This document shows, piece after piece, positions 25,045 to 37,859 of a DNA stretch of 64,000 nucleotides. Both the position numbers and the translations under genes were made by a program. The notes beneath the pieces were generated by a model. That model saw only the letters and a program-made list of their open reading frames with translations. It did not search any database and was not told the origin of the DNA. Every line of letters starts with the position of its first letter. The stretch's first letter is position 1. The DNA lies in NCBI RefSeq assembly GCF_006345805.1, contig NC_042999.1, forward strand, positions 118,296,001-118,360,000, read 5' to 3'. This DNA comes from Octopus sinensis. Taxonomy: Eukaryota.

Positions 25045-25650
25045 ATAGGCACAGGCATGGCTATAAGAAAAGAAACTTAAGTAGTGAGCTGGCAGAAATG
25101 TTAGCATGCTGGGCGAACTGCATAGCTGTATTTCGTCAGCCATTGTGTTCTGGGTTCAAATTCTGCTGAGGTCGACTTTGCCTTTCATCCTTTCGGGGTC
25201 GGATAAATTAAGTACCAGTTACGCACTGGGGTCGATGTAAGCGACTTAATCCGTTTGTCTGTCCTTGTTTGTCCCCTGTGTTTAGCCCCTTGTGGGTAGT
25301 AAAGAAATATATAAGAAAAGAAACTTGCTTCACAATGACACAGTTTCAGGTTCAGTCTCATTATGATACACCTTGGGCAAATGTCTTCTCCCGTAGAGTG
25401 TGTGTGTGTGTGTGTTTAAGCATGCATGTGTGTTTGTCTTTCAGTTTGTTTGTATTCTCCATCACAGATTGACAACTGGTGTTGGTTTGTTTAAGCGACC
25501 AGAACTTAGTGGTTCAGCTAGAGAGAGGTTGATATGATAAATACCAAACTCAAAAACTAATAAGTACTGAGGTAGTTTTGTGTGACTAAGCCCTTCAAGG
25601 TGGTGCTCCAGCATGGCTGCAGTCCAATGACAGAAACAAATAAATGGCAA
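25045..25650 (+). mobile_element. Old SINE family A, interrupted in its head by a family B copy
   Basis: ggcacaggcatggct before the insertion; ttcaggttcagtc..ccttgggcaaatgtcttc...gctccagcatggc after it. Confidence 0.8.
25079..25309 (+). mobile_element. SINE family B monomer with perfect 17-bp TSD
   Basis: tataagaaaagaaactt at 25062-25078 and 25310-25326. Confidence 0.95.
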
Positions 25651-25920
25651 AACGTTAAAAATAGGGAAATGGATTTATATATATAAAAAACCAGTTTTGC
25701 TAAAAGCTAAGAAACATATCTCATAAGTTACTATCAAGTGAAAGCCAAAATGAGTTTCCTTCTCAAATATAGGAAATGGCACAGAATATCTTGAAATTTA
25801 AAGATCAGAAATAGTAAGTGTATTGATGATTAATAGATAAACTATGAAGAGATTAAGTAATTATTTATTGCATTGCTTCAAGCTCACAAAGTAAGATCGT
25901 ATTTTTGTAATAGTATTTAG

Positions 25921-26160
25921 TGTCATCACCGTCATAGTTTTAATGCCAACTTTTCCATGCATGTATGGGTCAGATGGAAGATGTTAGAGTAGAATTTCTA
26001 TACCCAGATACCCTTCCTGTGGTCAACCCTCACCTACTTTCAAACAAGTTAATGTTTACTTGTGTCTGAACATATTTTCATGAACGAGTTGAAGTGAGAA
26101 ACACGGCTGGTATAATGTTGATGAACATTTCAACTGTTACATGATGTCAAGGCAAGGAGA
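25921..26160 (-). mobile_element. Old repeat with an RTE-like 3' end
   Basis: tcatcaccgtcat..ttaatgcc..ttttccatgc..atggg and gatacccttcct resemble the RTE tails at 53065 and 57242. Confidence 0.45.
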
Positions 26161-26240
26161 CGCAAAGAACCCCCATGCACACGCACATACATCTATACAT
26201 ACATACATATATTTATGCATTGATATATATATCAATGCAT

Positions 26241-26272
<32 letters not shown>

Positions 26273-26275
<3 letters not shown>

Positions 26276-26678
26276 TAAGTAACAATTGATGGACAGGTGT
26301 CAATTTATGACAGCCGTTTCTAGCGAATTTTTCACTTGATTAACGAGTGTAATATATCAATATAAAAAGCCGTATTTTTCAGATGTATACATGAATTTTA
26401 CAATGATGGACATTTAAAATAATTAAAAATTCACAGCGCATACATATTTAGGGATTCTACAACCAGCCCTTGCAAGTCGTCTTGCCAGTCATATAATCCC
26501 TAAATATGTATGTGCTGTGGATTTTGAATTATCTCAAATGTCCTTCAGTATAAAATTCATGTATTCATCTGAAGAAAAAGGTTTTTTACAATGATATATT
26601 GTACACATTAATCAATTAAAATATTCTCTAGAAATGGCTGTGATAAATTGACACCTGTCCATCAATTGTTACATATTT
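26273..26678. repeat. Diverged palindrome, 184-bp arms and 38-nt spacer
   Basis: 26273-26456 versus 26495-26678: about 26 mismatches and no indels by hand count (~86%); abuts (CA)n. Confidence 0.92.
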
Positions 26679-27281
26679 ATTTTTAATTCACCTATCTCGG
26701 AACATGCCCCTCATGTATTATGATATATATGTTATAAACTGTATACTTAATAAAATATACATGTCTGAATAGCTCAAGAGCAAATTATATATTCAGTTGG
26801 GTCCAATTTATCTGCATGCATTACCAAAATATTTTACCAGCACTTCTGTACTAAGGTTGGTAATTATCTATAATTGGTGTGTGTGCATTTTATCCTGAGC
26901 AAACAAGGTGCAAACCTTTAAGTACCTCATTCAACTGAATCTTGTTATATCATATTTTATTACACTAACAAATCAACCCGTCTACGGTGGAGGCATAAAA
27001 TGAAGGAGGGAAGTCATAACAGCAGTATGTATTGAGAAATGTAATGGGCTTGATAGATTACTGGATAATGTCTTAGAGAAATCATATTATTGTTGGTGAT
27101 ACAGTATTCTATTGCAGCTATATGACGTGTTTGCGACTGACATGTGATGATGATTCATTCCCGAACTGAAATAAGCTCCCAACCTCTTTATCATGAATGG
27201 CTATGTGAACCACTCTTATTGAAAGCCAGAGCTTCCGTCGACCACTACATAAAAAAGTATTAAGAAAACAAATGTTATCTA

Positions 27282-27545
27282 TTGTGTCCAGGGAGAGTCA
27301 TTCTCTTTTGGTGCCTTATAATTTATACACACACTGGTAAAATTTCCACTTATTTCTTTTTTATTTTTCTAAACTTTTCGCTGTGTCTTGCAAAATTTTC
27401 AATAGTTTTGACTCAAAACTATTGAAAAGGTTGCAAGACGCAACGAAAATTTTAGTTTAGAAAAATATAAAAAGAAATAAGTGGAAATTTTATTGGTGTG
27501 TTAAATTATAAGACACCGAAAGAGAATGACTCTCCCCAGACACAA
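27282..27545. repeat. Diverged palindrome, ~130-bp arms centred on 27412
   Basis: Centre ttttcaatagttttga-c-tcaaaactattgaaaa; arms roughly 85-90% identical by eye, with small indels. Confidence 0.92.
27416..27458 (+). ncRNA. Minimal hammerhead-like motif, U3-A8 variant
   Basis: aaacta TTGAAAA g gttgc-aagac-gcaac GAAA att t tagttt. Helix I is 6 bp, helix II 5 bp, helix III the 4-nt palindrome AATT, and the triplet UUU. The mirror copy (27366-27405) has a broken helix II. Confidence 0.55.
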
Positions 27546-29881
27546 CAGAATATGCTTCAACACACGAACTCGCATAAAGAATCTTGAAAACCATATCCAA
27601 AAACGAAATGTTATCTAGATATACTTTTATTTTAGTTGTTTACACTATTTTATGCTTGTTTATACTCTTATACATTCAAAGTCTTATACATTACTCATAT
27701 ATTTTTGCGTTCAGATTTCACTGGAGTTGACTTTACCTTTACATGCATGCATGCACACATGCACGCACACACACAGGTAACTCCTCCATTACGTCAATGC
27801 ATTTATAATTATTTTTCTATTGATGGGAAAATTTATAACACTAGATGTGATCTCATCCTATCAGTAATGAGTAGGTTTGAATGTGAAACATCTGTTAAGT
27901 TGTCATTGTTATGTAAATCATGTCTAGGCCTGTTGTTGATAAAACAATAACCATTTTGCATATCATTTTCCACTTCATCAATAGTTGCCCATCCATGAGA
28001 TGACTCCTTCATTCTTGTCATCTGCAAAATATATGATTGTCCATCAAGCTCCTTTCGAAGCATGACTAATCTGTGAGATCATTTTAATTTTCCAGTCTAT
28101 TTTTGGACAGTCCTAACAGCAAAACGCTGTTCCCCAATATCTAAAAAGGCCTTTTATGAATTTTGGTTTCTGATGGAATTATTGATAAAGCAAAATTGCA
28201 CCTCAGTCTCCAGAGAGCTACTGCAACACTGCTTGAATATTTTTATTTCATGTAGTGAAATAAGAATATTCTAGTAGCTCTCTTGCAGTGTGTCTAAAGT
28301 AAATTAGTTTGGTTGATGCTATCCTTGAGAATTCTATATTCAAGGAATGATATATACTCACCACTTTTACACATGTATAGCAAGTCAACATCATAGCATC
28401 TTAATATTTCAAATACCAGTTTGCAGGCAATGAGAATAAAGTTTCATGTTCATGGATTCAATGCTTCTCCTATTACAAGATATGAAGTGTCAAAGTTTTA
28501 AGCAAATTGTTTGACATTCTACTAAGCTGTAACTTTCTCTAAGAAAGTTTAGATGAGAGTAAATCAAATAACTAGAAACACTAAGATGCAATACTTAAAC
28601 ATTGAGCTTTGTATCAATGTTTAATTTCAACTGAAAGTTGGGATGTTTACTTCATACTTGGCTTTTGTCTGTTAATGAAAAATAATTTGAATGTAGTATT
28701 GGTAACTGACTTTCCTAACCTCTGTAGCCTAAGGAAAAGCAGTGTGACAAACCTTGTAATGGTCTGCATTGGCAAGAATTATACAGTAAAATTCATGTTT
28801 TGATAAGTTTGCATACTGAAAGTAGCCATACAGACTGAAATTTCATGGCTGTGCTTTCATCTGACACCGAACAACTATTTACAGCTAACATAGATTAATT
28901 AATAGAGCATCAAAAGTGCTAGATAATCTTTGTGATTTACTGGAATACGTATTAGAAAAACATGGAAAAAATGATTTATGAAAAAAGATACTAAATACCA
29001 GATAGTATGAAATTTTTATACTAAGTGGATGATACGTTTATCTCACACATACAGGTGTCTTGTCAATAGTGGTAATTACGATAAAATTTTCTGACATAGC
29101 TACAACAGGACTATGATATGTTTTGCTTACAAAACCTATCATGTGAAAGTTAATGTGTATATACTTTGCTCATGGTTCAGAAAATGTTTCTTTAAACTGA
29201 TTTTCATGACAGTTGATAACATTCTCTCTCTACAATTTAAAATATTTTTTGCATGGAATACCATTGGGGATTCTGTAGCATTTGTACGTGCAGACTTAGG
29301 ATATGGGGAGTAAATTGAGTGATCTAAAGTTAGATCTCTCAAATGAGATGATCAAAGGCTATAAAAATATCTTGCACTTTTGCTCTTCTCAATAGCATAG
29401 AAAAGATACATATCTGAGGATGATTATCTACTGCCAAAGTAGATAGGAACTACTGGCTCTTATATGCAATTATTGATATATTTGTTGTATATGACGTTCG
29501 ATTCTTTGCTCTACATTTAGATTCCCATTACACACAGGAGAAGGTAGAAAAGCACTCTCCTGAAATGAACTTCATAAACTGTTCATTTGGCTAATGAGAT
29601 TTTGTAGATAGCTTCCTTTACCTAGTCCTGTGACATAGCTTCATAAGGCACTGATAACAGAGTAAATATAGTAGAATTAATCTGAAAAATTAATCAAAAA
29701 AGTTATTTACAGAAAAATTTAATCAAAGAAAAAGTAATTTAAAAATTGTTGAAAAGATGGGAAGACTGAATAAAACTTGTGGAATAAATAAGACAATACA
29801 CATTAGGGTTGTATTGGCACCAGCTGCAGAAAGTCTGTTGAGTTGGAAACAAAGAAATTTATTTTATCTTCTATCTTTTAT

Positions 29882-30127
29882 CTTTTATTTGTTTCAATCT
29901 GGGGCTATGCTGGGGCATCACCGTGAAGAATTTTAATTGAAAGAATCAATCTGGTACTTATTATTTATTTTCTCAAGCCTGATGTATATTTTATTGGTTA
30001 CTTTTTCTGAACCACTGAGTTATGGGGGACATAAACAAATAAAAAAAAGACACACACATGCATACACATTTATATACACATACACACGTACACTTATAAA
30101 CACATATATACACACATATGCACACAG

Positions 30128-30162
<35 letters not shown>

Positions 30163-30307
30163 AGAGTGATTGACTTCTTTCAGTTTCTGCCTACCAGATG
30201 CACTCACAAGGCTTTGGTTGGCCTGGGGCTATAGTAGAAGACACTTACCTAAGATGCTACAGAGTGGGACTGAACCCAAGACTTAGAAGCATACTTCTTA
30301 TCACGCC
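29882..30307 (-). mobile_element. SINE family A, old copy
   Basis: cactcacaaggctttggttggcctggggctatagtagaagacactt. Confidence 0.85.
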
Positions 30308-30448
30308 TTTCATAAACTAAATTCGCTAGGGTCCAAATGCTTGAATACTTTTCTTAATATACACTTTGTAGAATATGCAAAATGATCCAACCACTGCTGA
30401 GGTGTATTAATAATTCATTCTCACTTACATACTCTCAGAAATAAATTA

Positions 30449-30618
30449 TAATCTTTTCTACTCTAAGTACAAGGCCTGAAATTTTGGGGGAGGGAACCAG
30501 TCAATTTGATTGACCCTAGTATGCAACTGGTACTTAATTTATCAACCCTGAAAGGATGAAAAGTAAAATGGACCTTAGCAGGATTTGAACTCGGAATGTA
30601 AAACAGATGAACGAAATA
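30449..30618 (-). mobile_element. SINE family B, second monomer only
   Basis: cttttctactcta..acaaggcctgaaattttgggg..caactggtacttaatttatc. Confidence 0.8.
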
Positions 30619-31899
30619 AATCCTAATCGTTTATGAATTTGTGTTGCAAGATTCCTGATGTGAAGTTGCATTGAAACAAATATTGTTGTATTTCAGGATA
30701 TACACACTATATATTCATTCTTTACTTGTTTATTACTGTTCTTAGTTTGTGTATCCTTATATAGGGATACACATCATAGAAGAACAGAATGGACTGAGCA
30801 GAGCAGGAATACACAAGGGGATGGAAAGTGTCCCTGAAGAGGTCACAGATGTATGATAAGAGATTTCCCGACAATAGACATGAGTTAAAATAAGAACAAT
30901 TATAAATGAACGAATATATAGTGCGTGTGTTTATTTGGCAAAAAGAAAAGAAAATAACCATCCTGAAATAAAACAATAAATTATTATCCAGCTTTGTTAT
31001 TAACATATCAGCTTTGTTATTAACATATCAGCTTTCTTTTCTCCCACTGGTAATACACTGCTTAATATGAATGTGTATGTTTTCCCTAATAAACAGGAGG
31101 TTAAAGTTAGTAATACATCAGCTGCATTACTCTTTTATTTACATTAGTATTTCTTTTTAACATAGTCTTATGTTAAAAAAGAAATTTAAAAATAAATATT
31201 AACACTTATTCTTAGTTTTATTTCTCAATTTAATTCATTAAAAACAAAGATATTTTGATAACTTGAAAATCTATTTTTGAAGTGCCTGTTCAACTTCCAT
31301 TTTGTGTATGATGAATATTTTTCTGCGTGTTGTGTTCTAGTCATTTTTATAATTTTCTATTGTGGTTATATGAAAAATATGTGATCAAATTATCAGAGAG
31401 TGAGAGGCTTATATGAGGAGATTATGATGTATTTGTACAGAATCAAAATTGAATTTAGTTGCATATATGAGAACAGCCAATGTTAACTTAGAATAAAGAA
31501 AAAGCACAAATGGATTGAAAAAAGGAATCTGAGCACCAAAATAATTGGTTAATTCCTGTTGGAAAGATGCTTATAACTATATAAAAATCTTATTTTGATT
31601 ACTTCTAACCTTTTAGAATTCAGATTGCTTTGTCATATTTAATGTTTATCTTTTTTTTACATTGCTTTGAATTAATCAGGCATTAACTTGTAACTTTAAG
31701 ATTTTGATTATATTACTGTTTATCTTTATACTGACCATGTAGGGTCGGTGTGAGAGGCAAGATCTGGTTAGTTAACATAAAACAGATAGAATATTTGGGC
31801 CAACTTGGAGTGATTTAAATTGTTTAAATGCTAAGTGCAAAATTGATTGTAGTAATAGTGCAAGTAGACATAGAGTTAGATTACAAGTAATGTGGTGGT

Positions 31900-32240
31900 C
31901 TAGTATTTATTCTATTGGTGTCTTTTGCTGAACCACTAAGTTATGGGGATGTAAACACACCAGCGATGTTGTCAAGCAATGTTGGGGGGACAAACACAGA
32001 CACACACACAAACATACACATGCACATACACACACACACATGTGAAACTGAAAAAGCCCATCGTATATATATATATATATACGATGGACTTTTTCAGTTT
32101 CTGTCTGCCACATTCACTCACAAGGCTTTTGTTGGCCTGAGGCTATAGAAGGAGACATTCGTGCAATGTGCCCTGCAGTGGGACAGAACCTGGAACCGTG
32201 TAGTTGGTAAGCAAACTACTTACCACAAATCCACTCCTGT
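31900..32240 (-). mobile_element. SINE family A, partial
   Basis: ttttgctgaaccactaagtt..cactcacaaggct..taccacaaatccactcctgt. Confidence 0.85.
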
Positions 32241-33685
32241 GATATCATATACATGGTTTATTAATTGTCACACAAAGAAAATTACAAATAACTGTGTATG
32301 CTTATGTGGCATATTTACAATACCTAGTAATGGCTAATAATGAAGAAAAGCAATTTTATTTTTGCAAAAACTAACAAACCTTATATATCTACTTAGAGTT
32401 TTTATGTTTTTAAAATTTTTCTGCATTAAGTTTATTTTCTCCAGACACTTTACTTTTATATTTTAGAAGATATAGTTTTCCCTCTTCCTTTTTTAGTAAT
32501 GAATAATTTGAGCATTCAATGAAAACATCAATAATAAACTGCTGTAAGTTGTTGATTAATAAAATCTTGATTAATGATGCAGTTATTTAGTAATTACACC
32601 TTCTTATTTGATATAACTTTTTTTTTTAAATATTTTTCAATTTGACTGAATAACATACAATATAACAAACATTCATTTTTAATTTATTTTAAAAAAGTGT
32701 TTCCTCTCATGGAGTAGCCTGATAATCCAGATAATTATTAAAATTCGAGAAATGCAATGATGGTTTGTTTTACTCAAGCTTTGAAACATTAAGTAGAAAG
32801 ATATATATCTCCTTTTAATAGTAAGCTCATTCATCCTAGAAATATTCTGAAACTATGGTGGCTATTATATTGTCTAAGCAGCCATTATTTCTCCTAATAA
32901 CATAAACTATATATGCAGTTACAGATTTATTACCTACCCAGAGGAAATTATATTTATGATTAAAAAATCTCTATGAATTGGTCTACATAATTCATCAATT
33001 CTTGTACACCACCTACACATGAGATAAACCAAATTACTTGCGTTCTAATATATTCCATCATTTTCAAAAACCCTACATTCCATAATTCCTACACTATCTT
33101 TACTTAACTCTTTTCTTACCATTTTTCTCTTCTATTGAAATGAACTGCTTTTATTTCAGCTACTTTTGAAGATAACAGAAAATTGAGAAAAATAACCCAA
33201 TCATTAAGCTAATGTTTGGAAAATAAATTGATATGGAGTTTTGATGAAAGATTTTAATATTGGACACTTTAAACAAGAAGTTTGTATCTTTGGATTAAGA
33301 GTGGTCTTTGGCAAGTTAATGTCAAAAGTGTTAAGGAGTAACTGTTTAAATGAAAAAAAAAGGAAAGATAGTGAAATTACTTGATTACAACTGGGGAATA
33401 TATGTAGTTTACATCATTCTATGTTACAATTTGTGAGACCATTATGGTACCAAATAGTCTTGTTCACACATTAGTTAGTATTTTAGATATTTTATATGGT
33501 CTAAAGTCTGCTTTCATCTCTTTTTCACTAAATAGCAATCTGTTTGGAAGTATATATTGAATACATATATGCATATATGTAAACAGTAAAAGCAACAAGT
33601 CATCAGCTGTAATAAAAAGCCATCTCCCATTTGAATCTCATTAACAAGCAGTGGGCATGATCACTAGCGTTTTGACTCCTATCAT

Positions 33686-33723
<38 letters not shown>

Positions 33724-33980
33724 CATATATATACATATATATTTATGTAGAAGTGATTTTACTATTATTATTACTATTATCATTTCTTAAAAATAGCCAT
33801 GAAACATGCGTTGTTATTCTACCATATATATAAGTTTTATTTAGTATTTTGCACATTACTTAATCATTGTTATGTGTTTTATCTTATATTTAATCTTTCT
33901 ATAATATGTAATTTTTCTAAATGGTATAATTTAATTTTTCATTATTGAATTGATAAAAGGTGTCTTTTACCTAATTTATA

Positions 33981-34030
<50 letters not shown>
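33686..34030. repeat. CA/TA microsatellite blocks (33686-33745, 33975-34030)
   Basis: Directly visible. Confidence 0.9.
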
Positions 34031-34034
<4 letters not shown>

Positions 34035-35616
34035 TTTGTGAAATTTGATTTAGTATTTCTAAATTGAATTTTTCCCTGTATGTTTTGGAATAATATTCCC
34101 TCATATTATTATTATTATTATATATATAGATTTGAATAATCTTTCATTCCCTCTCCCTATAATATAAATTCTATCAACCCTATTTCTCATTTTGCTTTTG
34201 ATACTTTCTCCAAATTCTGAATCATGCGTGTTAGTATTGACAACCATAGTCCCTAATGGCTTGAAATGACCAGTGAGATTCATAACTGCATGGACAGACA
34301 TAATTTTTAGTCATTATTTCTATCTTTGAACATTTAGTTAGCAGATTAATTTTGATTCCATCTCTAATTAAACTAATCTGTTTTAGATACATGTCAATGA
34401 AAGACTTTTACTTGGCAAACTCAGTATTACTTTGTGAACCTCAATCTTGGCACAGAACCAACTTATATGAAATTTGTAGCTTTTGAATACAAAATCTTAT
34501 ATAGATGAATAAGAATCACATACCAAGATAATATGGTTAATGAAAGAGTCAGTGAGATTATTTATGTAACACCGATTGATAACTTTATGATAGAGATTAG
34601 AGGAGCACATCTTTAGACAAGCTGGAAGCTTTGTATGCGATGTACTCAACTGTGAAGCAGATGACTGGGAGTCTATGAGATCCATTAGTAAAAGAAATTA
34701 GCATGGAGGTGTGTAAAGAATATCACAAAGGCTTAAGCAAGATATCACATGATCAGGGAGTTTGGCAAAATTCATCAGACAATTATGTACCACCTGGGCA
34801 TAAAAGAATTGAATATTAAAACTTTTCCTGCTGAAGCTTGTATTACATAACATACGCTAATACCTGGTAATTTCAGAGTCAGAACTTGGCAGAAGCAGAA
34901 ATGAAAGATAGCATGGAGAATGAGGATATTGGCATGAAAGGACAAAGCAATTGGGAATAGATTTACAGAAATTCTAATTAACACATATGACTAGGGAGGA
35001 AGCTATTAAGACCTGTAGCATAGATGAAAGCTGAGAATCTCTGTGAAATAACATATTCAGGACTACAAATCAGACATGTCGTTGTGGCAAAGTTCCAGTC
35101 AAGTCAAAAGTAATGTGATGGTGGAGGAATGATACAGCTGATAGGACAGTATAGGCTAAATGACATCTAAAATTCATCCCTAAATTTTTAGTAAACTTTA
35201 AATATCAATTTCTAATTTAACCACAAGAGCTATAAATTATTTCAGTGAGAGAACAGACAATTAAATCAACTCCAGTACTTGAATGCTACTTTACTTTTGT
35301 CTACTTCGAATAGATGGAAGGTAAAGTTGAACTCAACAGTATTTGAACTACAAACATAAACAGAAGTCATACTGCAATTCATTATTTTCCATTGCCCTAA
35401 AGATTCTGCCACTCTAATGCAATCAGTCAGCTTATAAATATTAAAAATCTTCAGCATAGAGTTTCACAATAGAACAAAAAATATCAATGGCTGTTTGGGC
35501 TTAGGATCGTATAATACTAGTTAACTGTGTATGCATTAATCATTGATGCAGCATTTGTAAATAGGTTTTATCTCTTGTCTAATGTAAATCACTTTTCAAA
35601 TTAGTATTCTGTTTTA

Positions 35617-35995
35617 AATGTTTTTATTGCTATTACTATTACTAATTGACTTCTCAGAGCTATCAGTCTCACATGTGCCGATTGATTCTGTGAAAGCCGA
35701 CAGAAACCTGTTGTCAGAGGTCCTACAGGATGTCATTCCACAAATTATAAGCATTGGTACTTGGATACTAACTTATCATAGAAGACCCAACACCCAAGCA
35801 CCAATCTCAAAATTCTAGCTGTCCCCGTGAGAGCCGTTTTTTCTTGAACCTGGCAATTAGGGCTCCGAGTGTCTCTACAACTACTAGGATTACAGTTACT
35901 CCCCTCATTGCCCACATTCTTGCATTTTCGTCGTTTAGTAGTCTGTATTTTTCCATCTTTTCCAGGATAGACTGTATTTTCCCCTCTTTCCAGTT
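35617..35995 (-). mobile_element. 3' end of an R4/Dong-like (RLE-bearing) non-LTR retrotransposon
   Basis: EKMEKYRLLNDENARMWAMRGVTVILVVVETLGAL followed by GTARILRLVLG, a 3' UTR and an AAT-rich tail. Confidence 0.8.
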
Positions 35996-36030
35996 TTTTT
36001 TTTTTTTTCAGGTTGTTATTATTATCATTA

Positions 36031-36229
36031 TTATTACCTCTGGCTTAGCAAAGGCAGAGGTATTGTTTTTTAGTCGTGTTTGTTTGTCTGTCTGTCTATG
36101 GACAAGATATCTCAAGAACCACTGAATGGATTCGGATGAAACTTTCGGAGATGTTTGGCCTCTAGACTTGTACGACCTTATTAGATTTTGGGATCGATCT
36201 GGTACCGGACAAGGATTCTGGATTATCTT
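36031..36229 (+). mobile_element. Non-autonomous element with 5' hairpin (Helentron/DINE-like by architecture)
   Basis: ttattacctctg..cagaggta hairpin, a (gttt/gtct) tract, then gatatctcaagaaccactgaatggattcggatgaaacttt. Confidence 0.55.
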
Positions 36230-37207
36230 TCTATATATAAAACTGAGAATGTGTGTCTGTCTGTCTGTGTGTTTCCCTAAAACTTGAGAACTACACCACC
36301 AATTTCGTTCAAATTTTACACGTTCCTTACTTAGGGTCCGGGGAGTGTTATCGGCAAAAGATTTTTAACTTTTTGCCTAGGGCGAGCCCACAGCAATAAC
36401 ATATATATTCTCCGCTATGATTCCCTAAAACTTGAGAACTACACAACCAATTTCATTCAAATTTTACACATGCCTTATTTAGGGTCCATGTAGTTTTATG
36501 GTTTTATGGGCAAACAAAATGTTCAACTTCTTTCCTAGGGCGAGCCCACAGTAATATCATATCTTCTCCACTATTTCAGTATTACGTGTTAAAAGTGAAA
36601 CAAAAACATCTCTCTATTGTATGTATATGGATGTATATATATATTACAAAATATAAAGTTATATCTTGAGATCGTTAGTGACAACAACGCTCAAAATATA
36701 TAACAGACTGGAATAGTAGTGCTCAAATGAGCTGTATACACTTTTTAATCCGAGGGGAGGCAATGCGAGCAGCAACTACAAGAGCACTACAAAATCTACA
36801 GAAAGATCAAACACATACATATATTCATATATATCTACAGAACAGATATAAAGCCCGGTGTTTAGAAATATATAGTAATATATAAATATATAAACATCAT
36901 ATAAAAATATATTCTATGCATAAGATCCACTCGACATTCCATAAGAAATTTAGAAATAAAAATAGCAATAAAGTTAGAGGTAATAATAACAATTGAATTA
37001 AATATAGTAAATATAGTAAGTAGTAATTAGAATAAAACTAAAGCATGGTAATTAAATCGTAATATAACAATTAAAAGAAAAAATAGCAATTAGTATAAAA
37101 TGTATCAAGGACTTGAACTCGAATAAGTGGTTTTGCATGATTGGGAGAAATTAAAAGATGAAAAATTTAATTGAAAAAAGATGAAAAACGCCGGGTCATA
37201 ATGCTAG
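36230..37207 (+). mobile_element. Non-autonomous Helitron
   Basis: 5' TC(tatatataaaa) start followed by (tgtc)n; 3' end aacgccgggtc..atgCTAG followed by T; no TSD; internal ~148-bp tandem duplication (36273-36420 / 36421-36574). Confidence 0.7.
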
Positions 37208-37859
37208 TTTGTTATATTTACTTTACATGAAATATTATGTTCTTACGTTGACTTTCAAGTTTTTCTCTAATTATCTCCCTTGAAAACATGCTCATGGTTT
37301 CCACGTAAGTTATGGCGGCATTGCTGTTTACAAAGTTTTATTTTCGTTTCTCTATTATTAATTTTACTCACGTATCTATTTTAGTAGAAACTGATGGATA
37401 AGGAAATCAAACTACATAAATAAATGGCAGCAAAGCCGTTCAGAAATTAAATAATGCTAACATATTCAGTAACAATAATAAATTTAATTTATACTCGACA
37501 ATTTTCAATTTTGCCGGTTTTGAATATATCGCTCCTGTTAAAAACATCTTACCTAATTTACAATTGCATTTCTAACTCTGTCTTGTAGGTAGCTTTACTT
37601 CTTGAACTCACGTTTTAGTGTGCAAAGATGTTGTTAAATTCCGTTAATAGCACCGTGTTCAAGCCCTTTCCGTTTTCTTTCACAGATGGATAAGTTTTTC
37701 ACTACAGATCTTAATGGTCATAGAGACACTAAATCAGTGAAAACTGTCCCTGTTCCCATTGCAGACGACATATACATAATATTACAAACACGGCCCGCGC
37801 ACCCACCTTCACGTTCCATGACTACCATCGATTATTATTATCATTATTTGCGTTGAAGG

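Noticed and set aside
30990-31035. 20-bp tandem duplication (cagctttgttattaacatat)
   Set aside because: Ordinary slippage product.
34030-34110. Short unique segment anchored on (TA)n, possibly another Penelope-like terminus
   Set aside because: No hammerhead or second copy in the window to support it.
34330-35150. Purine-rich tract that looks like decayed coding sequence
   Set aside because: Could not extract a diagnostic motif in any frame.
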